From assembly GCA_038065315.1 (NCBI GenBank), contig JBBTRF010000001.1, positions 33,642 through 97,641 of the forward strand: a DNA stretch of 64,000 bases. Direction: 5' to 3'. This DNA is from Patescibacteria group bacterium (lineage in GTDB: Bacteria > Patescibacteriota > Minisyncoccia > Phycocordibacterales > JBBTRF01). Shown piece by piece: positions 9,733-20,782 of this stretch. The translations under genes were made by a program, and so were the position numbers. Numbering within the stretch: the stretch's first letter is position 1; every line of letters begins with the position of its first letter. Below the pieces are notes generated by a model that worked only from the letters and a program-made list of their open reading frames with translations, was not told the origin of the DNA and did not search any database.

Positions 9733-11304
9733 GTGAACCTGAATATTCCGGAATCCGAGACAGTTGAATACAAGGAAACACTTGGAGATATCGAAGATAT
9801 CGCGAAGACTATTGTCGCATTCGCCAATACTAAGGGCGGTTGCATATGTATAGGCGTTGGAGATGACGGCTCTTTGCGTAAAATAGACATAGCAGACTCT
9901 TCTTTTAGAAAGATAAGTGATCTCAATCAGGCTTTTGATCCGCGTCTCCACGACTGCTTCTCCGTCCAAAAAGAAGATGTCGGTGGCTTTTCTATAATAA
10001 AGATAGTCGTCAGAAAAAGCAGTTATCACTGTCACACCTACAAAGGTGTTTGTTATGTGCGTCAGGGCAGTTCTAATCAGAAGCTATCTTCAAAAGAAAT
10101 AGCCGAGAGATACAACTACTCAGCCCGATACGACTGGAGTGCCCAGGTACCAGAAGACTCTTCGCTTGATTGGATTGATAAGAAAGCGCTAGGCTTTTTA
10201 AAAGAAAAGTATTTCGACTTGAAAGGGAATGCTCACAAAACATTAGATGACATACGTTTTTTAAACAGTCTGTCTCTTTTAGGAGATGATAGTGTTCCCA
10301 ACCATACATGTCTTTTGTTTATAGGAAAAGAGGACGTTCGTAGAAGAGTCTTTGGTGGCAGAGACAAAATAACGTGGATGTATAAAGATGATCTTAATGG
10401 TATTGAACAGAGGTTGCCTATTGAAGACGAAAATCTGCCGCTCATTTTTGGTATCCAAAATATTTTAAACAAGATAAATATTTTTAATACAACTCTTCAA
10501 GATGTGGATTTGTTCAGAAATGACGTCTCCCAGTACGATCCTAAAGTTATTGAAGAAATCGTTGTGAATGCTGTGGCTCATAGAGATTGGGGTATTGGCC
10601 TATGGGTAGAGGTGTTGCAAACTCCGGTCAGTCTCGAGGTCAGAAATCCTGGGAAATTTAGAGCAGATCTTAATAAGGTTTTATCAGAAAATAGAAGGCC
10701 CGAGTATCTTAATCCGGCTTTGGCTGACTTTCTGAAAAAAATGCATCTAATGGAAAAAGAGGGTGGTGGATTAAGGAAGGCCTTTGGTATACAAATCAAA
10801 AAAGGTCTAAGTATAAAACTGCGTTCCGATAATGCTAGTGCGAATCCACGAGTAGATTTTTTGTTGAGCGGAAAAGTATCGGACGCGGCTTTTGCCCGCT
10901 TTATGTTTACTGCAAAGGATTTGACACAAGAGCAGGTCGTTATTCTAGATAAAATAAACTCAGGAAAAAACATCTTATTAAGAGATGTTTCCAACGAGGA
11001 ATATTTCTTGGTGCAAAATTTGATCACTAAAACTGGTCGCGGCGGAATTTTCTTAAAAATAAAAGAACACTTACTTCGAAAATCAAATAAATATATAAGT
11101 AATTTCTCAAGCACCCACGCAAGCGTAGACACCTCAAAGGACATCATATTAGACTATGCGAAAAAGAATCTGGAATTCACTACCCAAGAAATTTACGGGA
11201 TTTTGAGCGGAAAATCAAAAGTGTGGGTCAGGGTTGCATTAATGGAAATGATTACGGCGGGGTTTTTAAGAAGGGTCAAAAGGGGCGTCTATACGGTCGC
11301 TTAG
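9733..11304 (+). CDS. Schlafen/AlbA_2 domain plus HATPase_c_4 plus wHTH protein (COG2865-like putative DNA-binding regulator)
   Basis: N-terminus ESETVEYKETL...VAFANTKGGCICIGVGDDGS (AlbA_2); middle EEIVVNAVAHRDW...LEVRNPG (HATPase_c_4); C-terminal winged-helix-like region; AT-rich. Confidence 0.7.
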   Translation: MNLNIPESETVEYKETLGDIEDIAKTIVAFANTKGGCICIGVGDDGSLRKIDIADSSFRKISDLNQAFDPRLHDCFSVQKEDVGGFSIIKIVVRKSSYHCHTYKGVCYVRQGSSNQKLSSKEIAERYNYSARYDWSAQVPEDSSLDWIDKKALGFLKEKYFDLKGNAHKTLDDIRFLNSLSLLGDDSVPNHTCLLFIGKEDVRRRVFGGRDKITWMYKDDLNGIEQRLPIEDENLPLIFGIQNILNKINIFNTTLQDVDLFRNDVSQYDPKVIEEIVVNAVAHRDWGIGLWVEVLQTPVSLEVRNPGKFRADLNKVLSENRRPEYLNPALADFLKKMHLMEKEGGGLRKAFGIQIKKGLSIKLRSDNASANPRVDFLLSGKVSDAAFARFMFTAKDLTQEQVVILDKINSGKNILLRDVSNEEYFLVQNLITKTGRGGIFLKIKEHLLRKSNKYISNFSSTHASVDTSKDIILDYAKKNLEFTTQEIYGILSGKSKVWVRVALMEMITAGFLRRVKRGVYTVA

Positions 11305-11756
11305 TTGGGACGATACAAGGTAATAACTTTTTATCAGGCTATGTATTGTGGCGAATTTTAAAAACAGCTAACAATAACGGTATTTTGAATATAGTTGAAG
11401 TTATCCACAATACAATCTAATTTTAGGTTGAACATGCCCGTATGACAGGTCACTGGTCCAGCCTTGACTTCTTTTCCGAGGTACTGTAAGGTACCCTTTA
11501 CCTAACGCAAGAGTGAGTTACGGCTCGTTTAGGGGGTTTAGAGAGGTTAATCATTGAATCCCAGCTTGCATACATTCTATCGATAAAGAAAACAGAGAGA
11601 AGCCTCATCCGAGGTCTTTTTGCGTTTTGTTTTTGTCGAGAGGGGCGTGCGCATCGTGGTATTCGATGATTGATGAACCATTATTAACGCGACTAGCATT
11701 TTCATACGATGTCAGTACACACAGAGGCACCACGCATTGAAGACCCGGCGGCAAAG

Positions 11757-14700
11757 ATGTCGGTGGGCAAGCGCGAGAAGAAGCACTTCTCAAAATATCG
11801 CGAATCGCTCATCGCGGTTCCGAGTCTCGTAGAGGCGCAGACCAAGTCCTTTCAGTGGCTTGTGGAGAACGGCCTCAAGGAAGTTTTCGGCGAGTTTTCA
11901 TCGATCAAGGATTACGCGAACAAAAAGTTTGAGCTCGACTTCACCGGTTTCAGCCTCGCTGAGCCAAAGTACGACGAGCACTACGCAAAGCACAACAAGC
12001 TGTCGTACGAAGCGACCTTGAAGGCGACCGTTCGTCTCAAGAACAAAATGCTCGGCTCTGTAAAGGAGCAGGAGATCTTCATGGCGGATTTTCCGATCAT
12101 GACCAATCACGGTACCTTCATCATTGGAGGTATCGAGCGAGTCATCGTGCCACAGCTGGCGCGTTCGTTCGGCGTGTTCTTCACTGATCAGGAAGTGAAG
12201 GGGAAGACACTCTTCGGCGCAAAGATTATCCCTGCACGAGGTGCGTGGATTGAAATCGAAACTGATGCAGACGGTTCTCTCTATGTCCGCATCGATCGAA
12301 AGCGCAAGTTCGGCGTCGCATCTCTCTTGCGAGTGCTCGGCGCGCAGACCGACGGCGATATCCAGGCGCTCTTTGCGGGTACCGCTTTCTCAAAGCAGCA
12401 TATTGACGTGTCTTTGGCGAAGGATCATGCGAAGACTATGGATGAAGCGTACGTGGAGATCCACAAGAAGCTCCGAGATGGCGACATGGGTACTGTCGAC
12501 AACGCGAAGGAATTCATCAAGTCTATTTTTAGCGCAGAGCGATACGACCTCCACAAGGTGGGCCGTTTCCGATTCAACAAGCGCTTCGAGAAGAGCATGG
12601 AAGACAAGGCTCTCGAGCGACGCACTATCAACTTGGACGATGTCGTGACAATCATCAAGCATGTCATCTATTTGAACAACACCCCGAACGCAACCGCCGA
12701 TGACATCGATCACCTCGGTTCACGACGAGTGCGCTATGTTGGCGAGCTCATTCAGCAGAAGATCCGAGTTGGTATGTCCCAGATCAAGCGCAACATTCAG
12801 GACCGAATGTCGACTGTTGAGCCAGACATCACTCAGCCTTTGAACTTCATTTCTCCGAAGCCGCTTCAGGCTCGAATCAAGGAATTTTTCACGACCAACC
12901 AGCTGTCACAGTTTATGCAGCAGGAAAACGTGCTCCAGGAGCTCGAACACTTGCGCACCTTGTCTGCGCTCGGACCCGGCGGTCTCACCCGAGAGCGAGC
13001 CGGCTTCGAAGTGCGAGACGTGCATCCTTCTCACTATGGCCGACTCTGTCCGATCCACACTCCTGAAGGTCCCAACATCGGTCTTATCTTGCGCCTCTCA
13101 ACCTACGCGCGCATCAACGACTTCGGTATGATCGAAGCACCGTATGCAGTGGTGAAGAACGGCAAGATCACCAAAGAAGTGCGATACCTCAACGCGCTCG
13201 AAGAAGAGAACTACAACATTTCTCACGCCGCGATCAACTATGACGCGCAGGGTAGCATCACCGACGACGTGGTGGAGGTTCGCAACAACGGTATCCCAAG
13301 CTTCGTGCCAAAGAACAACGTGCACTTCGTGGACGTCGGCACTGGACAGCCGTTCTCGATCGCGACCTCGATGATTCCGTTCGTCAACCATGACGACGCG
13401 AACCGTGCACTCATGGGTTCGAACATGCAGAAGCAGGCCGTGCCTTGTTTGGTACCAGATGCGCCGCTCGTAGCGACGGGTATTGAAGAGGTGGCAGCGC
13501 GAGACTCTGGCCGACTCATCATTGCTGATGAAGACGGTACTATCACCGCAGTTGATTCAACTAAAATCTCTCTCAAGAATGCAAAGGGCAAGGAGAAGAC
13601 CTGGAACCTCGTGGCCTTTTCACGAACCAACGGCTTCACTGCTTTCCACCAGCGACCAATCGTGAACCTCGGACAGAAAGTGAAGAAGGGCGATGTCCTC
13701 GCGGATACGTCTTCTTCCGATAATGGCCAGGTGGCGCTCGGACAGAACATCCTCGTCGGCTTCCTCTCTTGGTCTGGTTCAAACTACGAAGACGCGATCA
13801 TTCTCTCTGAGCGATTGGTGAAGGACAGCAAGTTTACCTCGATCCATATCGAAGAGTTTGTCATCAACGTACGCGACACCAAGCTCGGACCCGAAGTGAC
13901 CACTCCGGATATTCCAAACGTCGGCGAGGCGAAGCTCAAAAACCTCGATGAAGACGGTATTGTCCGCATCGGTGCGGAAGTGCGATCTGGCGACATTCTC
14001 GTCGGCAAGATCACCCCAAAGGGTGAAACCCAGCTTACTCCAGAAGAGCGACTCCTCAAGAGCCTCTTCGGCGAGAAGGCACGAGATGTGAAGGATACAT
14101 CGAAGCGAATGGAAGGCGGCAAGCGAGGTCGTATTATTTCCGTAAAGATCTTCTCACGAGAGAAGGGCGACAAGCTCGAGTCTGGCATCATCAAGCGAAT
14201 CCATGTAGAGATCGCACAGCTCCGAGCCGTATCAGTGGGCGACAAGCTCGCGGGACGACACGGTAACAAGGGTGTTATCTCAAAGGTGCTCCCAGTAGAG
14301 GATATGCCATACATGGCAGACGGTACCCCAATCGATATTATTTTGACACCGCTCGGTGTGCCTTCTCGTATGAACCTCGGACAGATTCTCGAGTTGCACT
14401 TGGGTCTCGCAGCAAACACTTTGAACTACCAGGCGATCGTGCCTCCTTTTGCAGGCGCGACCGACGCGGAGATCAAGAATGAGCTCGTGAAGGCAGGCTT
14501 CGCGGCAGACGGCAAGATGAAGCTGTTTGATGGCCGCACCGGCGAAGCGTTCCAGCAGAATGTCGCAGTCGGCTACATGTACATCTTGAAGTTGCACCAC
14601 ATGGTGGAAGACAAGATCCACATGCGATCTATCGGACCCTACTCGCTCATCACTCAGCAGCCATTGGGTGGAAAGGCTCAGGCCGGCGGACAGCGATTTG

Positions 14701-14942
14701 GAGAAATGGAAGTCTGGGCGCTCCTTGGTCATGGTGCCGCTCACACATTGCGAGAAGTATTGACGATCAAGTCCGACGACATTGTCGGCCGATCCGCAGC
14801 CTTCGACGCTATTGTGAAGGGTCAGCGTATTCAGCAGACCAACGTACCGGCTTCATTTAACGTGCTCTTGAACAACCTTCGAGGTTTGGCACTGGATGTC
14901 GACATGAAACGGGGCGATGGCCTTAATGGGGATACTAAATAA
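11757..14942 (+). CDS. rpoB: DNA-directed RNA polymerase subunit beta
   Basis: Full-length RpoB homology (e.g. GDKLAGRHGNKGVISK, NMQRQAVP-like regions); start chosen at second Met (ORF-track start 11709). Confidence 0.95.
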   Translation: MSVGKREKKHFSKYRESLIAVPSLVEAQTKSFQWLVENGLKEVFGEFSSIKDYANKKFELDFTGFSLAEPKYDEHYAKHNKLSYEATLKATVRLKNKMLGSVKEQEIFMADFPIMTNHGTFIIGGIERVIVPQLARSFGVFFTDQEVKGKTLFGAKIIPARGAWIEIETDADGSLYVRIDRKRKFGVASLLRVLGAQTDGDIQALFAGTAFSKQHIDVSLAKDHAKTMDEAYVEIHKKLRDGDMGTVDNAKEFIKSIFSAERYDLHKVGRFRFNKRFEKSMEDKALERRTINLDDVVTIIKHVIYLNNTPNATADDIDHLGSRRVRYVGELIQQKIRVGMSQIKRNIQDRMSTVEPDITQPLNFISPKPLQARIKEFFTTNQLSQFMQQENVLQELEHLRTLSALGPGGLTRERAGFEVRDVHPSHYGRLCPIHTPEGPNIGLILRLSTYARINDFGMIEAPYAVVKNGKITKEVRYLNALEEENYNISHAAINYDAQGSITDDVVEVRNNGIPSFVPKNNVHFVDVGTGQPFSIATSMIPFVNHDDANRALMGSNMQKQAVPCLVPDAPLVATGIEEVAARDSGRLIIADEDGTITAVDSTKISLKNAKGKEKTWNLVAFSRTNGFTAFHQRPIVNLGQKVKKGDVLADTSSSDNGQVALGQNILVGFLSWSGSNYEDAIILSERLVKDSKFTSIHIEEFVINVRDTKLGPEVTTPDIPNVGEAKLKNLDEDGIVRIGAEVRSGDILVGKITPKGETQLTPEERLLKSLFGEKARDVKDTSKRMEGGKRGRIISVKIFSREKGDKLESGIIKRIHVEIAQLRAVSVGDKLAGRHGNKGVISKVLPVEDMPYMADGTPIDIILTPLGVPSRMNLGQILELHLGLAANTLNYQAIVPPFAGATDAEIKNELVKAGFAADGKMKLFDGRTGEAFQQNVAVGYMYILKLHHMVEDKIHMRSIGPYSLITQQPLGGKAQAGGQRFGEMEVWALLGHGAAHTLREVLTIKSDDIVGRSAAFDAIVKGQRIQQTNVPASFNVLLNNLRGLALDVDMKRGDGLNGDTK

Positions 14943-14953
14943 CTCACATCACC

Positions 14954-17900
14954 ATGAAAGAATTTACACCAACAAACAACAAGGCAAAGGCAGCGTTCAA
15001 CGACTTCAGCTCGATCGTCTTGAAGGTTGCATCCCCAGACCGCATCCGCGAGTGGTCATACGGTGAAGTCACCAAGCCAGAGACCATCAACTACCGAACT
15101 CAGCGTTCAGAAAAGAGTGGACTCTTTGATGAAAAAATCTTCGGACCAGACAAGGACTACGAGTGTTACTGTGGAAAGTATCGAGGTATTCGCTACAAGG
15201 GCATTGTCTGTGAGAAGTGCGGAGTGGAAATCACCCGCAGCATCGTACGACGAGAGCGCATGGGCCACATTGAGCTTGCGTCGCCAGTATCACACATTTG
15301 GTTCCTTCGCAGCATGCCGTCTCGCATTGGCTTGCTCATGGGTATGCCGACAGCAGATCTCGAAAAGGTCATCTACTTCGCTGGCTACATTATTACTTCG
15401 GTGAACGAAGATGAGCGATCAAACCTGCTCAAAGATCTCGACTCAGAATACAAGTCGAAGGTGAAGAATCTTCAGGATGAGAAGTCAAAGGAGGCGATAA
15501 AGGAACTGTTGACCAACGCGAAGAAGGAGATCGAAAACGTGCAGGCTGGTGTCGTGCTCGACGAAGTGTCATACCACAACTATTCAGTGAAGTACGGCAC
15601 GCTCTTCGAGGCGAAGATTGGCGCCGAAGCGATCTACGAAATCCTCAAGACTCTCGACCTTCAAAAGCTCCAGGTCAAGCTCGAAACCGCGCTCGAGAAG
15701 GCAAGCTCTCTCGACAAGGAGAAGATCAGCAAGCGACTCAGCACCGTGAAGGCGATGATCTCTTCGGGTATTCGACCTGAGTGGATGTTCCTTACTACCA
15801 TCCCGGTGATCCCTCCAGCACTTCGACCGATGGTCCCATTGGACGGCGGACGATACGCGACTTCTGATGTGAACGACCTCTATCGACGCGTCATCAACCG
15901 AAACAATCGTCTCAAGAAGCTCATCGAGATCAATGCTCCGGATGTGATCTTGCGAAACGAAAAGCGTATTTTGCAGGAGGCTGTGGACGCTCTGATCGAT
16001 AGCTCGATCCGACACGGTAGTGCGAGTGCTGGTGCGCTCACACAGGCACAGCGACGACCGCTCAAGTCTCTCGCCGACAATTTGAAGGGTAAGCGAGGTC
16101 TCTTCCGTGCAAACCTCCTCGGAAAGCGCGTGGACTATTCAGGACGATCGGTGATCGTTGTCGGTCCAGACCTCAAGCTTAGTCAGTGCGGACTCCCAAA
16201 GCACATGGCATTGGAACTCTTCCGACCATTTGTGATTTCGAAGCTCCTCGAACGCGAGTTGGCATACAACATCCGCGGTGCGGGACGACTCATCGACGAA
16301 GATATTCCAGAAGTCTGGGCGATCCTCGAAGAGGTGATCAAGGGTAAGTACGTTCTTTTGAATCGTGCTCCAACCTTGCACCGACTCGGTATTCAGGCCT
16401 TTATGCCAATCCTCATCGAGGGCAATGCGATCCAGGTGCATCCACTCGTGTGTACCGCTTTCAACGCGGACTTCGACGGAGACCAGATGGCGGTCCACGT
16501 ACCGCTCGGTGAAGAAGCGCAGGCAGAAGCACGAGAGATCATGGCTTCTGATAAAAATATTCTCAAGCCAGGTTCTGGTGAGCCGACCGTGACTGCAAAG
16601 CTCCTCGATATTATTCTCGGCTGTTTCTGGATCACCAAAGAGATCAAGGGGGCCAAGGGTGAGGGTAGCTACTTCGGCACTCCTGCAGAAGCGATCACTG
16701 CTCACGACTTCGGCGAGCTCGACTTGCGAGCGAAGATCAAGCTTATCGCGCCAGAAAACGCAAAGTACGCGAAGCTCGAGGGCAAAATGTTTGAGACGAC
16801 TGTCGGCCGAGTGCTTTTCAACGAAGTGCTCCCAGCGGATTACGCATTCATCAACAAGGAGATCACTCGAAAGTTCATGGCCACTATCGGCGATGATTTG
16901 ATCAACAAGTACGGCATGAAGAATGTCGCACCGATCCTCGACGCAGTGAAGACGTTCGGATTCAAGTACGCGACCTATTCAGGTGTTACTTGGGGTATCG
17001 ACGATGTGCAGGAACCAGAAGGCAAGCATGCGATCATTGACGCTTCAAAGCTGCTCGCCGATGAAGTGCAGAAGAATTACGATATGGGCTTCTTGTCGAA
17101 AGAAGAGAAGACCGAAAAGATCATCGAGGTGTGGCTTGGTGCGAAGATCGAAGTGGAAAAGCTCATCCCAGCGAGCTTGCCAAAGGACGGTTCTGTTCAC
17201 GACATGGTGAACTCCGGTGCCCGAGGTTCTCTTGGTCAGATCACGCAGATGGCAGGTATGAAGGGTCTCATTCAGAGTGCATCCGGTGCGACCATTGAGT
17301 TCCCGATTTTGAGCTCGAACAAGCAGGGTCTCTCTCCAGTAGAATACTTCATCACCACTCACGGTTCTCGAAAGGGTCTCACTGACACCGCATTGAACAC
17401 TGCGAAGGCCGGATACCTCACTCGAAAGCTCTTCGATGTATCTCAGGATGTCATTGTGGCAGAAGCAGATTGCGGATCAAAGGAAGGCATGGTGATCAGG
17501 AAAGAGACTGCGTCTGGTATGGAAGTCGCTCTCGCGAAGAGCACCAAGGGCCGAGTGTTGGCAGAAGATGTATTGAATGCTACTGGGAAAGTACTCTTCA
17601 AGCGCGGTCATCTTTTGAACAAAGAAGATGCCGACAAGATGGAAGCTTCTGGTATCACTGAAGTGAAGGTTCGTTCACCTTTGGCTTGCAAGGCGCTCTA
17701 CGGTGTCTGTGCGCAGTGTTATGGTAACGACGTCGGCCGAGGCGAGCTCGTACAGCTCGGTGAAGCTGTCGGTACTGTGGCAGCGCAGGCGATCGGTGAG
17801 CCTGGTACTCAGCTCACGATGCGTACCTTCCACGCCGGAGGAGCCGCATCAGCAGGCGGAGACATCACTGCCGGTTTGCCTCGAGTCGAGGAAATCTTCG

Positions 17901-18706
17901 AGAAGCGTTCTCCAAAGAATCCTGCGGTGGTGAACCGTGTAGACGGCATGGTCACTGAGATCAAGGATTTGGGCAAGGAAAAGGTTTTCACGGTCATTCC
18001 TGAAATACACGACAAATCGAAGACCAAGAAGAAGGCGGAAAACGAATATGTCGCAAGCTTCCGACGAACCCCGTTGGTGAAGGTGGGCGACAAGGTGGTG
18101 AAGGGTCAGCTCCTCACCGACGGTTCTGCGGATATTGACGAGCTCTTCAAGTATGCCGGCCACGAGAAGACCGAGCAGTACATCATCAATGAAGTTTCAA
18201 AGTTGTACGAATTGCAGGGTGAGCCAGTCTCTCGAAAGCACATCGAAGTGATCGTGCGCCAGATGTTCTCTCGCCGAAAGGTGAAGCACGGCGGCGACAC
18301 CAAGCTCTCTTCAGGAGATGTGGTCAGCTCAGCATACTTCGCAGAAGAGAATACTCGCGTGAAGGCGGCGGGCAAGGATGAGGCGAAGGGCGAGGCGGTT
18401 GTCATGGGTATCACTGAGATTTCATTGACCCGACGAAGCTTCCTTTCAGCCGCTTCCTTCCAGCACACTACTCGAGTACTCATCAACTCAGCGATCCGTG
18501 GTACAGAAGACCATCTCGCTGGTTTGAAGGAGAATGTTATCATCGGCCGATTGATCCCTGCGGGTTCTGGCTTTGCAGCCAGCCCAAAGGCGGCGATCAC
18601 TGCCAAGGCGGCAGCCGACGCGACTCCGGTGTACCAGGTGGACACCATCGCCCCAGCCGCTGTCGCGGTGACGGTGAAGAGCGAGGCGGAGGTGGAGGAG
18701 AAATAA
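14954..18706 (+). CDS. rpoC: DNA-directed RNA polymerase subunit beta-prime
   Basis: Zn-finger CYCGKYRGIRYKGIVCEKCG, NADFDGDQMAVHVP catalytic motif, bridge/trigger-loop regions. Confidence 0.95.
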   Translation: MKEFTPTNNKAKAAFNDFSSIVLKVASPDRIREWSYGEVTKPETINYRTQRSEKSGLFDEKIFGPDKDYECYCGKYRGIRYKGIVCEKCGVEITRSIVRRERMGHIELASPVSHIWFLRSMPSRIGLLMGMPTADLEKVIYFAGYIITSVNEDERSNLLKDLDSEYKSKVKNLQDEKSKEAIKELLTNAKKEIENVQAGVVLDEVSYHNYSVKYGTLFEAKIGAEAIYEILKTLDLQKLQVKLETALEKASSLDKEKISKRLSTVKAMISSGIRPEWMFLTTIPVIPPALRPMVPLDGGRYATSDVNDLYRRVINRNNRLKKLIEINAPDVILRNEKRILQEAVDALIDSSIRHGSASAGALTQAQRRPLKSLADNLKGKRGLFRANLLGKRVDYSGRSVIVVGPDLKLSQCGLPKHMALELFRPFVISKLLERELAYNIRGAGRLIDEDIPEVWAILEEVIKGKYVLLNRAPTLHRLGIQAFMPILIEGNAIQVHPLVCTAFNADFDGDQMAVHVPLGEEAQAEAREIMASDKNILKPGSGEPTVTAKLLDIILGCFWITKEIKGAKGEGSYFGTPAEAITAHDFGELDLRAKIKLIAPENAKYAKLEGKMFETTVGRVLFNEVLPADYAFINKEITRKFMATIGDDLINKYGMKNVAPILDAVKTFGFKYATYSGVTWGIDDVQEPEGKHAIIDASKLLADEVQKNYDMGFLSKEEKTEKIIEVWLGAKIEVEKLIPASLPKDGSVHDMVNSGARGSLGQITQMAGMKGLIQSASGATIEFPILSSNKQGLSPVEYFITTHGSRKGLTDTALNTAKAGYLTRKLFDVSQDVIVAEADCGSKEGMVIRKETASGMEVALAKSTKGRVLAEDVLNATGKVLFKRGHLLNKEDADKMEASGITEVKVRSPLACKALYGVCAQCYGNDVGRGELVQLGEAVGTVAAQAIGEPGTQLTMRTFHAGGAASAGGDITAGLPRVEEIFEKRSPKNPAVVNRVDGMVTEIKDLGKEKVFTVIPEIHDKSKTKKKAENEYVASFRRTPLVKVGDKVVKGQLLTDGSADIDELFKYAGHEKTEQYIINEVSKLYELQGEPVSRKHIEVIVRQMFSRRKVKHGGDTKLSSGDVVSSAYFAEENTRVKAAGKDEAKGEAVVMGITEISLTRRSFLSAASFQHTTRVLINSAIRGTEDHLAGLKENVIIGRLIPAGSGFAASPKAAITAKAAADATPVYQVDTIAPAAVAVTVKSEAEVEEK

Positions 18707-18742
18707 AGGGTATTATACTTTCAGCGCATGCGCGCTGACGCA

Positions 18743-18774
18743 AAAGAACACACCTTTTTGGGTGTGTTCTTTTG
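18743..18774 (+). terminator. Rho-independent terminator after rpoC
   Basis: aagaacacacc-ttttt-ggtgtgttctttt hairpin plus T-tract. Confidence 0.6.
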
Positions 18775-18928
18775 CGCACGGCTTTGCCGTGAAGTATCTA
18801 CCCTTTGTTACGACTTCGACTCGGACGCTGTGTATGTTCGGAAACATCCACGCGCTCCTCGCTCGTCGTAATAGTCACGTATAGGTCTCGAAATACCGAC
18901 ACTTTTACTTCATGATAGAATACCCCTA

Positions 18929-20770
18929 ATGTCTTCACAGGTAGAGCAGATCAAGGAGCGCCTCGGCATCGCCGATGTGGTCGGGGCGTATCTCAAATTG
19001 GAGAAGGCTGGCGGCAATTACAAGGCCCGCTGTCCTTTTCATAATGAAAAAACACCGTCGTTTTTCCTCTCGCCGGCGCGCAGCAGCTACTACTGCTTCG
19101 GTTGCGGGGCAAAGGGTGACATCTTCACCTTCGTACAGGAGTTTGAGGGGTTGGATTTTGTCGGTGCGTTGAAAGTGCTCGCGCAGAAGGCAGGTGTGGA
19201 GCTCACGAAGGAGGACCCAAAAATGCGCAGCGAGCGGCAGCGACTCTTTCTGTGTTTGGAGTCGGCGACGATCTTTTTCCAGCGTACGCTGTACGAGAAC
19301 GCACAATACAAGGCTGTGGTGGAGTATCTCACTGGCCGCGGACTCACTAAAGATACGATAAAAGAGTGGCGTATCGGCTACGCTCCGGATGCGTGGCAGA
19401 TTCTATCGGATTATCTAAAGTCGAAGCGCTTCACCGAGCAAGATATGGAGAAGGTTGGATTGACTAAGGCGCGAGAGCCGAAAGATGGATCGGTGGGCGG
19501 CACTGGCCACTATGACCGTTTCCGCGGGCGCATCATGTTTCCGCTGTTTGATAGCTCGGGGCGAGTGATCGGTTTTTCTGGACGTATCTTTGGTCCCGAC
19601 GATGGGAAGAGTGCGAAGTATTTGAACAGTCCAGAAACTGAACTCTTCAAAAAGTCGGAAATGTTGTACGGTTTTCACAAGGCGAAGCAGGGGATTCGCG
19701 AGAAGGGGTATTCGATTTTGGTGGAAGGGCAGATGGATATGTTGATGTCGCAACAGGTGGGATTTACGAATACGGTGGCGGTGTCGGGGACAGCGCTCAC
19801 GTTGCAGCATTTGGAGATGTTGCGGCGATTGTCGGAACGGGTGGTGATGAGTTTCGATCCGGACGGCGCCGGCGTGCGTGCCGCACTGCGCGGCGCCGAG
19901 ATGGCGATTGGCCTTGGCATGGAAGTGCGCGTGGCGGAATTGCCAAAGGGGGAGGATCCGGCCCTTTTCATTTTGAACCATCCAGAGCAGTGGCGCGAGA
20001 CGGTGGAGAAGAAGGCGATCCATGTTGTGGAGTTTGTCACCAATCATCTGCTTTCGCAGCAGCTCGACCCACGTGCCCTTGCCAAAGAAGTCGGCGCCAA
20101 AGTGCTGCCGTTCATCGTCCGCATGCAGAGCTCGATGGAGCGTTCGCATTTCGTGTCGATGATCTACAAAAAAACAGGCATCAAGGAAGAGGCGATCTGG
20201 GAAGACCTGAAGCGATTGGAAAAAGTGTTGCCGGTGTCAGTGTCCGTCTCCGCCACCCAGACTGCGCAAAAAAGTGCAGGCGCTTCGGCTGCTTCATCCG
20301 CAACATCTGGTTCATCGACCACTGGTAGCACCTATGCCGACTTCGTGCAGAATGCGACACGCCGAAAACACATCGAGCGTCGACTCGCGAGTATTGTACT
20401 GTGGCAGAATACTTTGCCGGCGAGAGTGTTTGGAAATGAAGAAATGATCAAGAAACTCTCAAGTGCACTCCAGACGATTCAATCGGCTGTTCCTGATAAT
20501 GGTCTGGATGCGGAAAAGATACTCGCCGCTGTTATGGCGGAATTTCAAAAAGAGACAGAGGAATTGATCGTCGAGGCGGAGCTTTCGTATGACAAATCGG
20601 AGAAATTGGCTGAGGAAGTGAAAGAATTGCTCGAGAATTTTGTAACAGAGTGCAGCAACGAGCTCTGTGCGAAGCTGCTCTCCGAGCTTCATAAGGCCCA
20701 ACGGGATGGTGACGGGCCGAAAGTAGACCAGCTGGTGGGCGTGCTTGCCAAGCTTAAAAAAGTGAGATAA
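18929..20770 (+). CDS. dnaG: DNA primase
   Basis: Zinc ribbon CPFHNEKTPSF...YCFGCGAKGD; TOPRIM region EGQMDMLM...DPDGAG. Confidence 0.9.
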   Translation: MSSQVEQIKERLGIADVVGAYLKLEKAGGNYKARCPFHNEKTPSFFLSPARSSYYCFGCGAKGDIFTFVQEFEGLDFVGALKVLAQKAGVELTKEDPKMRSERQRLFLCLESATIFFQRTLYENAQYKAVVEYLTGRGLTKDTIKEWRIGYAPDAWQILSDYLKSKRFTEQDMEKVGLTKAREPKDGSVGGTGHYDRFRGRIMFPLFDSSGRVIGFSGRIFGPDDGKSAKYLNSPETELFKKSEMLYGFHKAKQGIREKGYSILVEGQMDMLMSQQVGFTNTVAVSGTALTLQHLEMLRRLSERVVMSFDPDGAGVRAALRGAEMAIGLGMEVRVAELPKGEDPALFILNHPEQWRETVEKKAIHVVEFVTNHLLSQQLDPRALAKEVGAKVLPFIVRMQSSMERSHFVSMIYKKTGIKEEAIWEDLKRLEKVLPVSVSVSATQTAQKSAGASAASSATSGSSTTGSTYADFVQNATRRKHIERRLASIVLWQNTLPARVFGNEEMIKKLSSALQTIQSAVPDNGLDAEKILAAVMAEFQKETEELIVEAELSYDKSEKLAEEVKELLENFVTECSNELCAKLLSELHKAQRDGDGPKVDQLVGVLAKLKKVR

Positions 20771-20782
20771 AATCAACACCCT

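Noticed and set aside
12241-18648. Numerous short to medium antisense or alternate-frame ORFs inside rpoB and rpoC
   Set aside because: Embedded in strongly conserved RNAP coding sequence; a typical GC-rich artefact.
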